DNA of 64,000 nt from Deltaproteobacteria bacterium (GCA_021159305.1 JAGGSB010000087.1:2927-66926); one strand, 5' to 3'; positions 22,232 through 33,200 are shown, counted from the first letter of the stretch. A program made the numbers and translations. Notes: generated from the sequence alone by a model not told the origin.

Positions 22232-22918
22232 TTAAACCCATTTTTTTAGCTTTTCTTTTGCTTTTTCCACCTCCTCTTCATTTATTGAACTTATTTTCAC
22301 AAAAACATTACCATCCCTGCCATAAGAACCTATCTTTACATTATATCTTTTTAGAGTTTCTTTAATAGCAAATATAATTTGCGATTCTTTTTTTTCTGTC
22401 TTCAACCACTCTGTATATATCTTTTCCCCCTGAAAACATCCTTTTATCTTTTCAAACATAGCTTTCATCTCTTTAGGCACGCCAGGCAAAACAAATATTC
22501 TATCTTCAACGATAAAGCCAGGAGCTACACCCACATCGTTTTCTATGAGACTGCACCCCTCGGGTAAATCTGCCATTTTTAGCACATTTTCTATTCTTGC
22601 CTTTTCTTTTATGCCCTTTTCTCTTATTTTTTCTTTTATTGTTTGTTCGGCGATTTTGTCTCTTACAATCTTTTTATTCAAGGCCTGTGCTACAGCTTCT
22701 CTGGTCTTATCATCAGGAGTAGGACCCAATCCACCGGTTATAATAATCTTATCTCGGTAATTTTGAATTTCATCGGCAATAGCGAAAACATCATCGGGCA
22801 AGGTAATAATCTTTTCCGGAATACTGCCTAAATCTGTCAATCTCTTTGCCAGATAGGTAGCATTCGTGTTTTCTATATCTCCGGCCAAAAGCTCATCGCC
22901 GATACAGAGAATCACCAT
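22232..22918 (-). CDS. CinA-like / molybdopterin-binding (MoCF biosynthesis) domain protein, stand-alone
   Basis: 228 aa. N-terminus VILCIGDELLAGDIENTNATYLAKRL and GGLGPTPDDKTREA are signature motifs of the CinA N-terminal/MoaB-MogA fold. It lacks the CinA C-terminal deamidase domain. Confidence 0.6.
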   Translation of the reverse strand: MVILCIGDELLAGDIENTNATYLAKRLTDLGSIPEKIITLPDDVFAIADEIQNYRDKIIITGGLGPTPDDKTREAVAQALNKKIVRDKIAEQTIKEKIREKGIKEKARIENVLKMADLPEGCSLIENDVGVAPGFIVEDRIFVLPGVPKEMKAMFEKIKGCFQGEKIYTEWLKTEKKESQIIFAIKETLKRYNVKIGSYGRDGNVFVKISSINEEEVEKAKEKLKKWV

Positions 22919-23441
22919 CTCTCCTGCCTTTCAGAAATATGTTCTTATTCTCCTCTATAGATTTTGTAAAAACCTTTCCAATCGAAGATAACCATATATT
23001 TTCCTCAAAAGGCAATAGAGGAGAAACAAAACCTGTCATATATGTATTTAAAAAACGCATATCTTTGATGCTTTTGCAATCAACAATTACAAATCCTCTT
23101 TTCTGCAAATCCCGCTCTATATTTTCTGGATAGCTGGAATCTGCTGGTTTTATTTTCATACTTGACGATATACCAATGCCCTCTTTTTTTAAATATTTTA
23201 AGTATCTTAAGGCTTCTAACATCTCAAAGGAAAGAAGAATGTCGCCTTCTCCCATGGGTACTGTTGGTGAATATACCTTATGTGAAAATCTCACGAAGGT
23301 GATTACACTGCCTCCTCTCTGTGCCATACCGTGAACTTCAGATTTTTTTACATCAAAATTAGATAACATTGCGCAAATAGAGATAAGTTCGCCTGTTTTT
23401 AGGATTCCCTGTCCTCCCACACCACAGATTACGATATTCAT
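22893..23441 (-). CDS. iorB: indolepyruvate:ferredoxin oxidoreductase subunit beta
   Basis: I place the start at the ATG overlapping the iorA stop (ATGA). It then begins MNIVICGVGGQGILKTGE, the typical IorB/OFOR-gamma-like fold. Confidence 0.8.
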   Translation of the reverse strand: MNIVICGVGGQGILKTGELISICAMLSNFDVKKSEVHGMAQRGGSVITFVRFSHKVYSPTVPMGEGDILLSFEMLEALRYLKYLKKEGIGISSSMKIKPADSSYPENIERDLQKRGFVIVDCKSIKDMRFLNTYMTGFVSPLLPFEENIWLSSIGKVFTKSIEENKNIFLKGRRDGDSLYRR

Positions 23442-25123
23442 TCTATCGCTCCAAATGGACAGACTTGTTTGCATAAGTTACATCCATTACAGAGAGAAGA
23501 AATAATATCCATTTTATCTCCCTTTTTTTGTATGGCTGGACACCCCAACGAAAGACATACATTACACCCCGTGCATTTCTCAGCATTGATATACAGTGGT
23601 TCTTTTTTTTCTACTATCAACGCACAGGGAGCACGGGCAATGATAACCGAGATATCATCTCTTTCAATTTCTTCTGAAATAGTTTCTTTTAATTCTTCTA
23701 AATCAAAAGGGTTAACAATTCTTATATGCTCTACCCCACAGGCTTCTACTATGTCCTCTATGGGAATTTTCTGGGTTTCTCTTCCCTTTGCATCTTTTCC
23801 TGTTCCCGGATGTGGTTGATGTCCTGTCATTGCAGTGGTCATATTATCCAGGATAATGATGGTATCCGTTCCCTTGTTGTAAACACTGTTTAAAACACCA
23901 GTAATACCGGAGTGATAAAAGGTAGAATCACCAATTACAGCCACCGCTTTCTTGTCATTTAATTTAGAAAAGGCATGAAGGGCATTTACTCCCGCTCCCA
24001 TGCATAGAATAAAATCCATACTACGAAGCGGCGGAAGCACTGCTAAACTATAACATCCTATATCTCCCAAAACCGTAAGTTTTAATTTATGTAAAATGTA
24101 AAATACGCCTCTATGCGGACACCCAGGACAGAGAACGGGAGGCCGAGCAGGCACATCTATACTTTTGGGAATCTCTTCATTTAATATTTCTTTTTTTAAT
24201 TTTTCTACACTCATCTCAAATGAGCCAGATATAGTTTGGACATTTAACCCCATTGCTTTTATCTGCTCTCCTATAAATGGATCTACCTCTTCTACAACAT
24301 ACACCTTATCTACGGAATGACAGAACTGTTCTATTTTTTTTCGGGGTAGAGGAAAAGACATTGTAATCTTTAAGATAGATGCATCTTCAAATGCCTCCCT
24401 GACATAATTATAAGATACACCACAGGTAATAATTCCCAATTTTTTTGACCTCATCTCTATTTTGTTGTAAGAAAAATTATCTGAAAAATCTCTTAATTTA
24501 TCTAATCTTTCCATCATTCTTATCTTCATTTTCCTGGCGTAGGCAGGTATGGCTGCATACTTTTGTGAGTCTTTTTTATATAATTTTTTGAATTCTGTGC
24601 GCCTGCCTTCAATGTTCACAACACATTTAGAATGAGATAATCTAGTTGTAATCCTTAAAAGAATAGGAGTATCAAATTTTTCCGATAGATCAAATAATAA
24701 TTTTGTGAGTTCGTATGCTTCCTGGCTGTCAGATGGTTCAAATAGTGGTATTTTTGCAGATAGAGCATACCAACGGTTGTCCTGCTCGTTTTGCGAGGAA
24801 TGCATATTGGGATCATCTGCTGAAACTATAAGTAGACCTCCATTTACACCAGTATAAGAAAGTGTCATTAGAGGATCCGCCGCAATATTCAGACCTACAT
24901 GCTTACTGGCATAAAGAGATCTGACGCCAGAAAGGGAGGCACCTATTACACACTCCAGAGCCACTTTCTCATTGACTGCCCATTCTGTTTCTATCTCAGG
25001 AAATTTTGAAAGTGTTTCTAATATCTCTGTGGATGGTGTGCCAGGATAAGATGAGGCATATCTTACCCCTGCTTCATGGCTACCGTATGCAATAGATTCG
25101 TTACCAGATAAGAAACTGCGCAT
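23438..25123 (-). CDS. iorA: indolepyruvate:ferredoxin oxidoreductase subunit alpha (TPP-binding, 2x[4Fe-4S] C-terminus)
   Basis: 561 aa. TPP motif GDSTFYHSG, C-terminal CTGCNVC...CP and CNGCNLCKQVCP ferredoxin motifs. Confidence 0.85.
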   Translation of the reverse strand: MRSFLSGNESIAYGSHEAGVRYASSYPGTPSTEILETLSKFPEIETEWAVNEKVALECVIGASLSGVRSLYASKHVGLNIAADPLMTLSYTGVNGGLLIVSADDPNMHSSQNEQDNRWYALSAKIPLFEPSDSQEAYELTKLLFDLSEKFDTPILLRITTRLSHSKCVVNIEGRRTEFKKLYKKDSQKYAAIPAYARKMKIRMMERLDKLRDFSDNFSYNKIEMRSKKLGIITCGVSYNYVREAFEDASILKITMSFPLPRKKIEQFCHSVDKVYVVEEVDPFIGEQIKAMGLNVQTISGSFEMSVEKLKKEILNEEIPKSIDVPARPPVLCPGCPHRGVFYILHKLKLTVLGDIGCYSLAVLPPLRSMDFILCMGAGVNALHAFSKLNDKKAVAVIGDSTFYHSGITGVLNSVYNKGTDTIIILDNMTTAMTGHQPHPGTGKDAKGRETQKIPIEDIVEACGVEHIRIVNPFDLEELKETISEEIERDDISVIIARAPCALIVEKKEPLYINAEKCTGCNVCLSLGCPAIQKKGDKMDIISSLCNGCNLCKQVCPFGAIE

Positions 25124-25155
25124 CTTTGCTCATGGTAGCTTTTCTCATAGAAAAG

Positions 25156-26196
25156 TCAATTGTCTTTTTCTTCTAAAAATTTAATGACGCCCCTTGAGAT
25201 GCCTTCAGCAATACATCTCCTGTATTTTTTTCCTGAAAGGAGTTGTGCATCTGAGGGATTTGTCACAAACAACGTTTCCACCAATATGCTGGGCATACGG
25301 GTATCCACTAAAACATAGAAAGGAGCTTGTTTTACACCGATGTTTTGAGATACACCGTGCAATTCTCTGACAATATCTTTCTGCACATAATAAGCAAGTT
25401 TTTTTGATATATTGAGCTTTGCACTTTGTATTAAAGAAAGTATTATCTTGTTTATATCACCCATCTTTTCGATGGGCACATTATTTTCGCGGGCTGCAAT
25501 CTGTATTGCCCTCTTATCGGATGTCGCATTCAATATCCAGGTGGATGTACCTCTCACCTTTTTATTATTGCAAGCATTACAATGAATAGAGACAAACACA
25601 TCTGCGCCTTTCTCATTGGCAATGTGCGCCCTTTTGGAAAGTGGGATAAAAACATCTGTTTTTCGGGTAAGGTATACATTTACGCCCCTCCTGGAAAGTT
25701 TCTTCTTTACTTCCTTTGCAATCTTTAAAACAATATCCTTTTCCCTTATCCCTTTAATCCCTACCGCTCCGGGATCTTTCCCCCCATGTCCAGGATCAAC
25801 AACTACTGTGTATTTTTTTGTTTTTTTCGAAGAAATAACAATTATTTGCCGAAACTTCTGCTTGGCAAACTTTGTCACCCAACTTTCTGGATAATCTTTG
25901 ATTAAAAGGTTCAGGGCTTTTATCCTTTCACTCTTATAATATGACAGTTTGTATCTCTTATACAAATCATTAAAGATGCATGCTCTTCTGTAGACAGATA
26001 TAGGTGCATATTTGGTTTTTGAATAATTTTCATATAGATATTTGTATTCATTGGCTACCTTTAAGAGTTTTTCCTTGTTAAAATTGTATGTATAATATGT
26101 TTCTCTATAGGATGCATTTTCATAGAGCGATTCTGCCCCTCTGTAGGTGAACGAAATACACAAGATGACAAGAAAGAAAAATAATATTTTCTTCAT
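25156..26196 (-). CDS. N-acetylmuramoyl-L-alanine amidase (Amidase_3, AmiC-like) with signal peptide
   Basis: 346 aa. Amidase_3 motifs VVDPGHGG and ADVFVSIHCNA, N-terminal signal peptide. Confidence 0.85.
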   Translation of the reverse strand: MKKILFFFLVILCISFTYRGAESLYENASYRETYYTYNFNKEKLLKVANEYKYLYENYSKTKYAPISVYRRACIFNDLYKRYKLSYYKSERIKALNLLIKDYPESWVTKFAKQKFRQIIVISSKKTKKYTVVVDPGHGGKDPGAVGIKGIREKDIVLKIAKEVKKKLSRRGVNVYLTRKTDVFIPLSKRAHIANEKGADVFVSIHCNACNNKKVRGTSTWILNATSDKRAIQIAARENNVPIEKMGDINKIILSLIQSAKLNISKKLAYYVQKDIVRELHGVSQNIGVKQAPFYVLVDTRMPSILVETLFVTNPSDAQLLSGKKYRRCIAEGISRGVIKFLEEKDN

Positions 26197-26239
26197 AATA
26201 TATTGAATTATATTTTATTTTTATTATCTTTCAAATGTA

Positions 26240-26647
26240 ATGAGAATGCTGGGCATAGATTACGGAGATAAAAGAGTAGGCATTGCGGTAAGTGATTCTA
26301 TGAATATAATAGCTACGGGTTTTGAGATCTGGAAAAACGAGAAGGGTTTATATAAAAAGATTGAAACGATGGTAAAGGAATATGATGTGGGGACGGTTGT
26401 TGTAGGCATGCCCATTAATATGGATGGTACCTGTGGCTTAAGAGTAGAAATCACAAGAGCATTTGTAGAGAAATTAAAAAAAATCCTGAGAGGAATAAAG
26501 ATAACAACCTGGGATGAAAGACTTTCCACGAGTTTTTCTCTAAAAATTCTATCTGAAGCATCAGTTAAGGGAAGGAAGAAAAAAAAGACTGTCGATAAAA
26601 TAGCAGCGGCGTTTATACTCCAGGGCTATTTAGATTCTACCAAATGA
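26240..26647 (+). CDS. ruvX: Holliday junction resolvase-like protein RuvX/YqgF
   Basis: 135 aa, MRMLGIDYGDKRVGIAVSD RNase H-like fold N-terminus. Confidence 0.9.
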   Translation: MRMLGIDYGDKRVGIAVSDSMNIIATGFEIWKNEKGLYKKIETMVKEYDVGTVVVGMPINMDGTCGLRVEITRAFVEKLKKILRGIKITTWDERLSTSFSLKILSEASVKGRKKKKTVDKIAAAFILQGYLDSTK

Positions 26648-27648
26648 AGATAAATGTAAAGAAACTATTAATCGCAAACTTTATTTTATATGTCCTGATC
26701 TTAGCAATAATAATCTGTATCTTTATTTCCTTTAATCATTATCTGCATTCACCTGCATCTTTAAAAGAGGAGGTAAAGTATGTATCTATAGATAAAGGAG
26801 AAGAAATAAAAGATATCATAAGAAAATTGCATAAAGAAAAAATTATAAAAAAGGCAGACTGGTTTTACTATTATGTCATTTTGAGTGGTATATCTAAAAA
26901 GATAAAAGCAGGGATGCATAAGTTTTCCACACATTTAACTCCTAAAGAAGTAGGGATAGAGCTTATGTCTTCTAAAGTTCCTGCCATAAAGGTAACTATA
27001 CCCGAAGGCTATACTATAGAACAGATTGCTCAAGTTTTAGACAGCTCTCATATAATAAAAAAAGAAAAGTTTTTGGAAACTTGTAATAATAAGGAATTTG
27101 TCCACAGCCTTTACATAAACGGAACATCTTTAGAAGGATTTTTATTTCCAGACACTTACCTCTTTTATTGTGGGGAGAAAGCAAAGGATATAATTAGAAC
27201 AATGGTAAACAGGTTCAATGAGGTATACAGCAGGTTATCTCCATCTGAGACTGCAGACAGATATAAAATCTTGAAGATAGCCTCTATTGTAGAAAAGGAA
27301 ACAGCCAGGAACGAGGAAAAGGCGATGGTTGCTGCCGTTATATATAATAGGTTAAAAAAAGGCATAAAATTGTGTATGGATTCAACAGTAATTTACGGAT
27401 TATCAAACTTTGATGGAAACTTAAAAAAGGAGGACTTGACAAAATCCACACCTTATAACACTTACCTATTTTATGGACTTCCCCCCACTCCTATCTGTAA
27501 TCCCGGCAAAAAGTCTCTCATTGCCGCCCTCCATCCTGCGAGTGTGGATTATCTCTACTTTGTTTCTAAAAACGATGGAACACATATATTTTCCAAAAAC
27601 TTGAAAGAACATGGAATATGGGTAAACAAATATCAAAAGAAAATCTGA
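26644..27648 (+). CDS. mltG: endolytic murein transglycosylase MltG (YceG family)
   Basis: 334 aa. N-terminal TM, YceG-like domain with catalytic region (EKETARNEEKAMVAAVIYNRL). Confidence 0.85.
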   Translation: MKINVKKLLIANFILYVLILAIIICIFISFNHYLHSPASLKEEVKYVSIDKGEEIKDIIRKLHKEKIIKKADWFYYYVILSGISKKIKAGMHKFSTHLTPKEVGIELMSSKVPAIKVTIPEGYTIEQIAQVLDSSHIIKKEKFLETCNNKEFVHSLYINGTSLEGFLFPDTYLFYCGEKAKDIIRTMVNRFNEVYSRLSPSETADRYKILKIASIVEKETARNEEKAMVAAVIYNRLKKGIKLCMDSTVIYGLSNFDGNLKKEDLTKSTPYNTYLFYGLPPTPICNPGKKSLIAALHPASVDYLYFVSKNDGTHIFSKNLKEHGIWVNKYQKKI

Positions 27649-28976
27649 AATACTATATAAAAACATTTGGCTGTCAGATGAATGAGCGAGATTCAGAAAA
27701 AATGGCAGCAACCCTTGAGAATAAAGGCTATTTGTCTTCCTCTCCTCAAGATGCAGACATTCTAATGGTAAATAGCTGTGCAGTGAGAGAAAAGGCTGAA
27801 CAGAAGCTATATAGTTTTATCGGTCGTCTCATTCATAAAAAGAAAAAGGGTGCGAAACTCATTGTTTGCGGCTGTGTTGTTCAATACAAGGGAAAAGAAA
27901 TATTGAACAGATTTAAAGATGTAGATGCTGTTTTGAATACGCGGAGGATAGAAGATTTTGAACAGGTTTTAAAAGATGTATTGAATGGGGAAAGAATAAT
28001 GTATATTCCCTCAACAATGCACAACCCTAACAAAATATTACCTCACTTAAAAGATAGGACAGGTGCCTTTGTGGACATTACCTATGGTTGTAATAATTTT
28101 TGTTCCTACTGCATTGTTCCTTATACCAGGGGGAAGGAAATCAGCAGGGAGAAAGAATACATCATAAAAGAGATAAGAATGTTAGCTCAAGGTGGGGTTA
28201 AAGAGATAACGCTGCTGGGGCAAAATGTAAATTCTTATGGAAAAGGGCTCTATAAGAATTATAACTTTGTTGATCTTTTATACGATGTTAGCAAAATTGA
28301 TGATATACAGAGAATAAGATTTGTTACATCTCATCCTAAGGACTTCTCATACTCTCTCATCTCAGCAATTAAAGAAATAGATAAGCTTTGCAAACATATT
28401 CATTTGCCTGTTCAGAGTGGTTCAAATAGAATATTGGAGCTTATGAGAAGAAAATATACAAGGGAAGAATATATAGAAAAAGCATTGCTCTTTAAAGAAA
28501 CAACAAAAGGAAGCATTACCACAGATATCATTATTGGATTTCCTACGGAAACGGATTATGATTTTGAACAAACGATGGATATGCTGAGAAAAATACGATT
28601 TGATTTCTCCTTTTCCTTTAAATATTCACCAAGACCTTTTACGGCCGCTGCTTCTACAAAGGAAAGAGTGCCGAAGGAAACAAAGGAAAAAAGATTAGAA
28701 AAATTTCAAAATTTACAGGAAAAAATTACATGGGAAAGCAACTTAAGGGATGTGGGGAAGATATTTAATGTTTTGGTGGAAGGAAATGCTAAAAGAGGCG
28801 ATCTTCTCACAGGCAGAACAACAACAAACAAGATAGTAAATTTTTCAGGAGAGGCAAAAAAAGGAAAAATAGTTAAAGTCGTTATTCAGGAGGCAAAAAA
28901 ACATAGTTTGCAGGGAAACATGGAGGACAGTTATGGTAAGTTTGAAAATCAAAGATGTGGATTTTTACGGAGATAA
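27618..28976 (+). CDS. miaB: tRNA-2-methylthio-N6-dimethylallyladenosine synthase (radical SAM methylthiotransferase)
   Basis: 452 aa. N-terminal MTTase Cys triad (FGCQMN...NSCAV...GCV), radical SAM CSYC, C-terminal TRAM domain. Confidence 0.85.
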   Translation: MGKQISKENLKYYIKTFGCQMNERDSEKMAATLENKGYLSSSPQDADILMVNSCAVREKAEQKLYSFIGRLIHKKKKGAKLIVCGCVVQYKGKEILNRFKDVDAVLNTRRIEDFEQVLKDVLNGERIMYIPSTMHNPNKILPHLKDRTGAFVDITYGCNNFCSYCIVPYTRGKEISREKEYIIKEIRMLAQGGVKEITLLGQNVNSYGKGLYKNYNFVDLLYDVSKIDDIQRIRFVTSHPKDFSYSLISAIKEIDKLCKHIHLPVQSGSNRILELMRRKYTREEYIEKALLFKETTKGSITTDIIIGFPTETDYDFEQTMDMLRKIRFDFSFSFKYSPRPFTAAASTKERVPKETKEKRLEKFQNLQEKITWESNLRDVGKIFNVLVEGNAKRGDLLTGRTTTNKIVNFSGEAKKGKIVKVVIQEAKKHSLQGNMEDSYGKFENQRCGFLRR

Positions 28977-29358
28977 AGGAAGCATCGTCTTGGAAGATAA
29001 TTCAAATGGGCTTTATGAATTTTCTATAGCAAAAGATAAAGCTTGCATTCTCTCCCTTGTTCTCCTGGGCGTTTATGTTCCGGAAAACAACTTCTATAAG
29101 TTGTTAGATAATCTATTTAGCAGGGTAAACTTATCGGTAAATGCCGTAATAATAGCCGATACGTGGACAGAGGATAGTCTTGCTCAAGTAGAAATTGTTG
29201 GCAAAAATTTTTGTGAACGATATTGGTTGAATTTTCCCGATGCGTTGATCATAAGTGTCCTGTATAATGCCCCTATATATAGCAAAAAGGAGTTGAAAGG
29301 AGTATATATAGAAAGAAACTGGATGCGTTTTGCCGAGGAGATGCTGCACATTTTATGA
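28933..29358 (+). CDS. hypothetical protein, divergent bifunctional-nuclease (DUF151)-like fold
   Basis: 141 aa. Spacing pattern VLLED..G.Y.F.I....A..L.L.L.G...P....KLL..L......V..VII.D resembles DUF151. The conserved RPLTHDL stretch reads ENNFYKL. It overlaps the miaB 3' end by 44 nt. Confidence 0.4.
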   Translation: MVSLKIKDVDFYGDKGSIVLEDNSNGLYEFSIAKDKACILSLVLLGVYVPENNFYKLLDNLFSRVNLSVNAVIIADTWTEDSLAQVEIVGKNFCERYWLNFPDALIISVLYNAPIYSKKELKGVYIERNWMRFAEEMLHIL

Positions 29359-30368
29359 ATATCAGAGAAAAATTAGAGAAGGAAGAAGAAAACTCACTTC
29401 ACAAGAATGCTGCATTTTCTTGTTCTGCTAAGGGAAGAAAAAGAAAAGAAACATTGGATGATGTGAGAACAGAGTTTATGAGAGATAGAGATCGTATCAT
29501 CCATTGCAAGGCTTTTCGCAGATTACAGCATAAAACACAGGTTTTTCTCTCTCCTACCAGTGATCACTACCGCACACGCCTAACACACACGCTGGAGGTT
29601 GCTCAAATTGCTAAAACTATTAGTAAAGCATTGTTTTTAAATGAAACGCTTACCGAAGCCATAGCATTAGGACATGATTTGGGACACACTCCGTTTGGTC
29701 ACGCCGGCGAAGCAGCCTTAAATAAAATAAGTAAAAATGGCTTTAAACACGAAATACAAAGCCTGAGAATAGTAGACATTATAGCAAAGGAGGGCAATGG
29801 ATTAAACCTCACCGAAGAGGTAAGAGATGGAATATTAAAGCATTCGAAGGGAAGAGGTAGTATAGTGACTAAAGATATGCCATACACATTAGAAGGCCAA
29901 ATCGTGAGGATTTCAGACTGTATTGCCTATGTGAATCACGATATTGACGATGCCATTCGTGCAGGCATTATTGAAAAGGGTGACCTACCCAAACCGATAA
30001 CAAATATTTTGGGAAACAGTCATTCAAAAAGAATTGCTACTCTGGTTAAAAGTGTAATCAAAGCAACAGCGGACAATAATTATCACCATATAGATATGGA
30101 AAATGAAGTTTTGGAGGCATTGGAAGATTTGAGGAATTTCTTATTTGAAAATGTTTACTTTAATGAAAAAGTATTAAGTGTAGCAAAAAAGGCAGAAAAG
30201 ATAATACAGGAACTCTTTTATTATTTCTTAGAACACGCAGAACAGATAAAAAAACAGTTTACAAAGGATAGAGAAACAGTAGTTATAGATTATATATCAG
30301 GTATGACGGATAGGTTTGCTTTAGAGACTTATAAAGACATATTTTTGCCCAAACCGTGGGGGGAATAA
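29355..30368 (+). CDS. dGTP triphosphohydrolase-like HD-domain protein
   Basis: 337 aa. RDRDRIIHCKAFRRLQHKTQVF and HD motif LGHDLGHTPFGHAGE. Confidence 0.85.
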   Translation: MNIREKLEKEEENSLHKNAAFSCSAKGRKRKETLDDVRTEFMRDRDRIIHCKAFRRLQHKTQVFLSPTSDHYRTRLTHTLEVAQIAKTISKALFLNETLTEAIALGHDLGHTPFGHAGEAALNKISKNGFKHEIQSLRIVDIIAKEGNGLNLTEEVRDGILKHSKGRGSIVTKDMPYTLEGQIVRISDCIAYVNHDIDDAIRAGIIEKGDLPKPITNILGNSHSKRIATLVKSVIKATADNNYHHIDMENEVLEALEDLRNFLFENVYFNEKVLSVAKKAEKIIQELFYYFLEHAEQIKKQFTKDRETVVIDYISGMTDRFALETYKDIFLPKPWGE

Positions 30369-31664
30369 ATGAAAGAGATAGAAGAGGCAAAAGAGATTTT
30401 ATCTAACTTTAAGGAATTTGAAATATACGGGGAAGAAGAACAGGAGACAAATTACGACTTAAAGGAAAACGAACTCAGCTTATTGAAGAAAAGAGAAAAG
30501 GGATTAGCCTTTAGAGTTATTGAAGGAGGACATAAAATAGATTTTTGCATAGCCTGTTTTCCTGACTGGCAAAATAAATTGAAGGACATAACTTATAATC
30601 TAAAAAACTGGAGCGAGTTGGTAAAAAAAGAAGATATATCTTTGCCTGAAGCAAGATTTGGCTATAGGTCTGAAGAAAAAAGGGAACTAATAGACGAAAA
30701 AGACTTACTTGATAAAGTAAGACATATAAAAGATACAGCTCAAACTATAGATAAAAGAGTAAGGGTAAAACAGGTAAGTTCTTCTATGGTGAAAAAATGT
30801 ATCTCTATCTGGAGCAATAAAGGCATAGATTGTACGGATGAACATGTTCTCTATACCGCCGAGGGAATGGCTTTAGCCGTAGATAAAGATGCTCAGATAG
30901 GCTTCTGTGCAAAAGATGGAACCATATTTAATACAATAGATGCAGAAGAAATTGGTAGAAAGATGGCATCTCGGGCTATAGAAAAATTGGGTGCAAAAAC
31001 ATTAGAAAAAGGTACATACAACATCGTTCTTTCGTCACGAGTGATGAGACAATTTTTATCCTTCTTTTCTTCTGCCTTTGAAGGAGATTCAGTTTTAAAA
31101 CACGCAACGATATTGGAGGATAGAATCGGAACCAAGATTGTTTCAGCCCTCATAAACATAATAGATGACGGGACAATGGAAAGTGGAGTGGGTACATCCC
31201 TATGTGATTGCGAAGGTATTCCTACCCAAAAAACAAAATTAGTAGAAAACGGTATTTTAAAAAATTTCCTCCATAATTCATTTACCAGCAAGGAGTTAAA
31301 TTATGAAAATACGGCTAACGCCTTTCGTGAAAATTATAGACAAACCCTAAAAATCACTCCCACGAACATCTATATAGAAAATGGAGCAGAAAAAAACATA
31401 CTTCTTTTAATGAACAACGGACTGTATATCACGGAGCTTTTGGGATTACATACTGCAAATCAAATAACAGGTGATTTTTCCGTAGGTATATCAGGTCAAA
31501 AAATAAAAAATGGGAGGAAATACGAACCATTTAGGGGAGCCACTATGACAGGTAATATTCTTACACTTTTAAGCAAGGTTTTTGCCATTTCTGAAAAGAT
31601 AGAATTTCTTTCCGCTGTAGGAGCACCAGATATAGGCATAGAAGATGTATCTGTTGGAGGATAA
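30369..31664 (+). CDS. TldD/PmbA family metallopeptidase
   Basis: 431 aa. C-terminal motifs GLHTANQITGDFSVG and GAPDIGIEDVSVGG typical of PmbA/TldD. Only one member of the usual pair is present. Confidence 0.75.
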   Translation: MKEIEEAKEILSNFKEFEIYGEEEQETNYDLKENELSLLKKREKGLAFRVIEGGHKIDFCIACFPDWQNKLKDITYNLKNWSELVKKEDISLPEARFGYRSEEKRELIDEKDLLDKVRHIKDTAQTIDKRVRVKQVSSSMVKKCISIWSNKGIDCTDEHVLYTAEGMALAVDKDAQIGFCAKDGTIFNTIDAEEIGRKMASRAIEKLGAKTLEKGTYNIVLSSRVMRQFLSFFSSAFEGDSVLKHATILEDRIGTKIVSALINIIDDGTMESGVGTSLCDCEGIPTQKTKLVENGILKNFLHNSFTSKELNYENTANAFRENYRQTLKITPTNIYIENGAEKNILLLMNNGLYITELLGLHTANQITGDFSVGISGQKIKNGRKYEPFRGATMTGNILTLLSKVFAISEKIEFLSAVGAPDIGIEDVSVGG

Positions 31665-33191
31665 ATGAATCCAGAGATTATCATTCTTGATTTTGGTTCT
31701 CAATATACTCAACTTATTGCGAGAAAGATGAGAGAAAAAGGTGTTTACGCAGAAATCTATCCATTTGATGTACAGACAGAAAAACTTAAATGTGCAAAGG
31801 GGATTATTCTTTCTGGAGGGCCCATGAGCGTGTGGGAGAAGGATGCACCCATTCCCTCATTGGGTATTTTCAAATTGCCTGTTCCTATTTTGGGTATTTG
31901 TTATGGAATGCAGTTATTCGTCCATTTATTTGGAGGAAAGGTGTCAAGCAGCTCAAAAAGAGAATATGGACCCAGCAACCTATATATAGAGAAAAATGAG
32001 GAGCTATTTGAGGGAATTGAGGACAAATCCTTAGTTTGGATGAGTCATGGTGATAAAATAGACAAGCTTCCGCCTCAATTTGTTCGTATCGCTCACACCG
32101 ACAATTCACCCTTTGCTGCCATCAGGGATAAAGAAAAGAAGGTATGGTTGCTGCAATTTCACCCTGAGGTCTACCACACTCAATATGGAGAAAAGATGCT
32201 CGAAAATTTTGCTTATAGAATATGTCATGTTTCCGGGGGGTGGACGATAGAGCATTTCATATCTTCAAAAATAGAAGAGACGAGAAGAAAAGTAGGCAAA
32301 AGTAATATTCTATGTGCACTCTCGGGTGGAGTAGATTCTTCTGTTTTAGTTTGTCTTTTACACAAAGCAGTTGGGGAAAATGTGATTCCTGTTTTTATAA
32401 ATAACGGTTTATTGAGAAAAAATGAAGAAACAGAAGTAAGGAATGCGCTCAAAAAAATGGGAATAGATATTCATTATGTGGATGCCTCTCGTTCTTTCTT
32501 ACGGAGATTGAAGAGCATTGAAGATCCAGAAAAGAAGAGAATGATTATTGGAGAAGAATTCATCAATGTCTTCTATGAAGTAGCTAAAATGTATAAGAAT
32601 GTGGATTTTTTGGCACAGGGCACATTATATCCTGATGTAATTGAAAGCAGGCAGGTAAAAGGACCATCGGCAAGGATAAAAACGCATCATAATGTGGGTG
32701 GACTGCCGCAAAACTTGAAATTCAAACTTGTAGAACCACTAAAAGAATTATTTAAAGATGAAGTGAGAAAAATAGGAAAGATTTTGGGACTGCCGGAAGA
32801 CTATGTTAAAAGGCAGCCCTTCCCAGGACCGGGTCTGGCAATAAGGATTATTGGAGAGGTAACAAAGGAAAAACTGGATATACTGAGAAATAGCGATGAT
32901 ATTATCACCAGTGAGATAAGAAAAGCTGGATTTTATGATAGATTATGGCAATCCTTTGCTATATTCTTACCTATATGTACGGTAGGAGTGATGGGTGATA
33001 AGAGAACATACGATTATACAATAGCCATAAGGGCGGTGGAGAGTAAAGACGGTATGACAGCCGATTGGGCAAAACTTCCCTATGAACTTTTGAGCAAGAT
33101 ATCCACTAGAATAATAAATGAGGTAGCTGGCGTGAACAGAGTGGTCTATGATATATCCAGCAAACCGCCAGCAACAATAGAATGGGAGTAA
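31665..33191 (+). CDS. guaA: GMP synthase (glutamine-hydrolysing)
   Basis: 508 aa. GATase-1 Cys (GICYGMQ), PP-loop SGGVDSSV, conserved C-terminus ending IEWE. Confidence 0.95.
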   Translation: MNPEIIILDFGSQYTQLIARKMREKGVYAEIYPFDVQTEKLKCAKGIILSGGPMSVWEKDAPIPSLGIFKLPVPILGICYGMQLFVHLFGGKVSSSSKREYGPSNLYIEKNEELFEGIEDKSLVWMSHGDKIDKLPPQFVRIAHTDNSPFAAIRDKEKKVWLLQFHPEVYHTQYGEKMLENFAYRICHVSGGWTIEHFISSKIEETRRKVGKSNILCALSGGVDSSVLVCLLHKAVGENVIPVFINNGLLRKNEETEVRNALKKMGIDIHYVDASRSFLRRLKSIEDPEKKRMIIGEEFINVFYEVAKMYKNVDFLAQGTLYPDVIESRQVKGPSARIKTHHNVGGLPQNLKFKLVEPLKELFKDEVRKIGKILGLPEDYVKRQPFPGPGLAIRIIGEVTKEKLDILRNSDDIITSEIRKAGFYDRLWQSFAIFLPICTVGVMGDKRTYDYTIAIRAVESKDGMTADWAKLPYELLSKISTRIINEVAGVNRVVYDISSKPPATIEWE

Positions 33192-33200
33192 GGAGAATGA

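Noticed and set aside
26197-26239. Strand-switch point (all genes 1-25123 on minus, 26240-39100 on plus) as the replication origin
   Set aside because: The intergenic space is only 43 bp, with no repeats or DnaA-box-like elements. Strand orientation flips several more times later in the window. dnaA-dnaN-gyrBA lie 7 kb to the left. Origin candidates are therefore placed next to dnaA.
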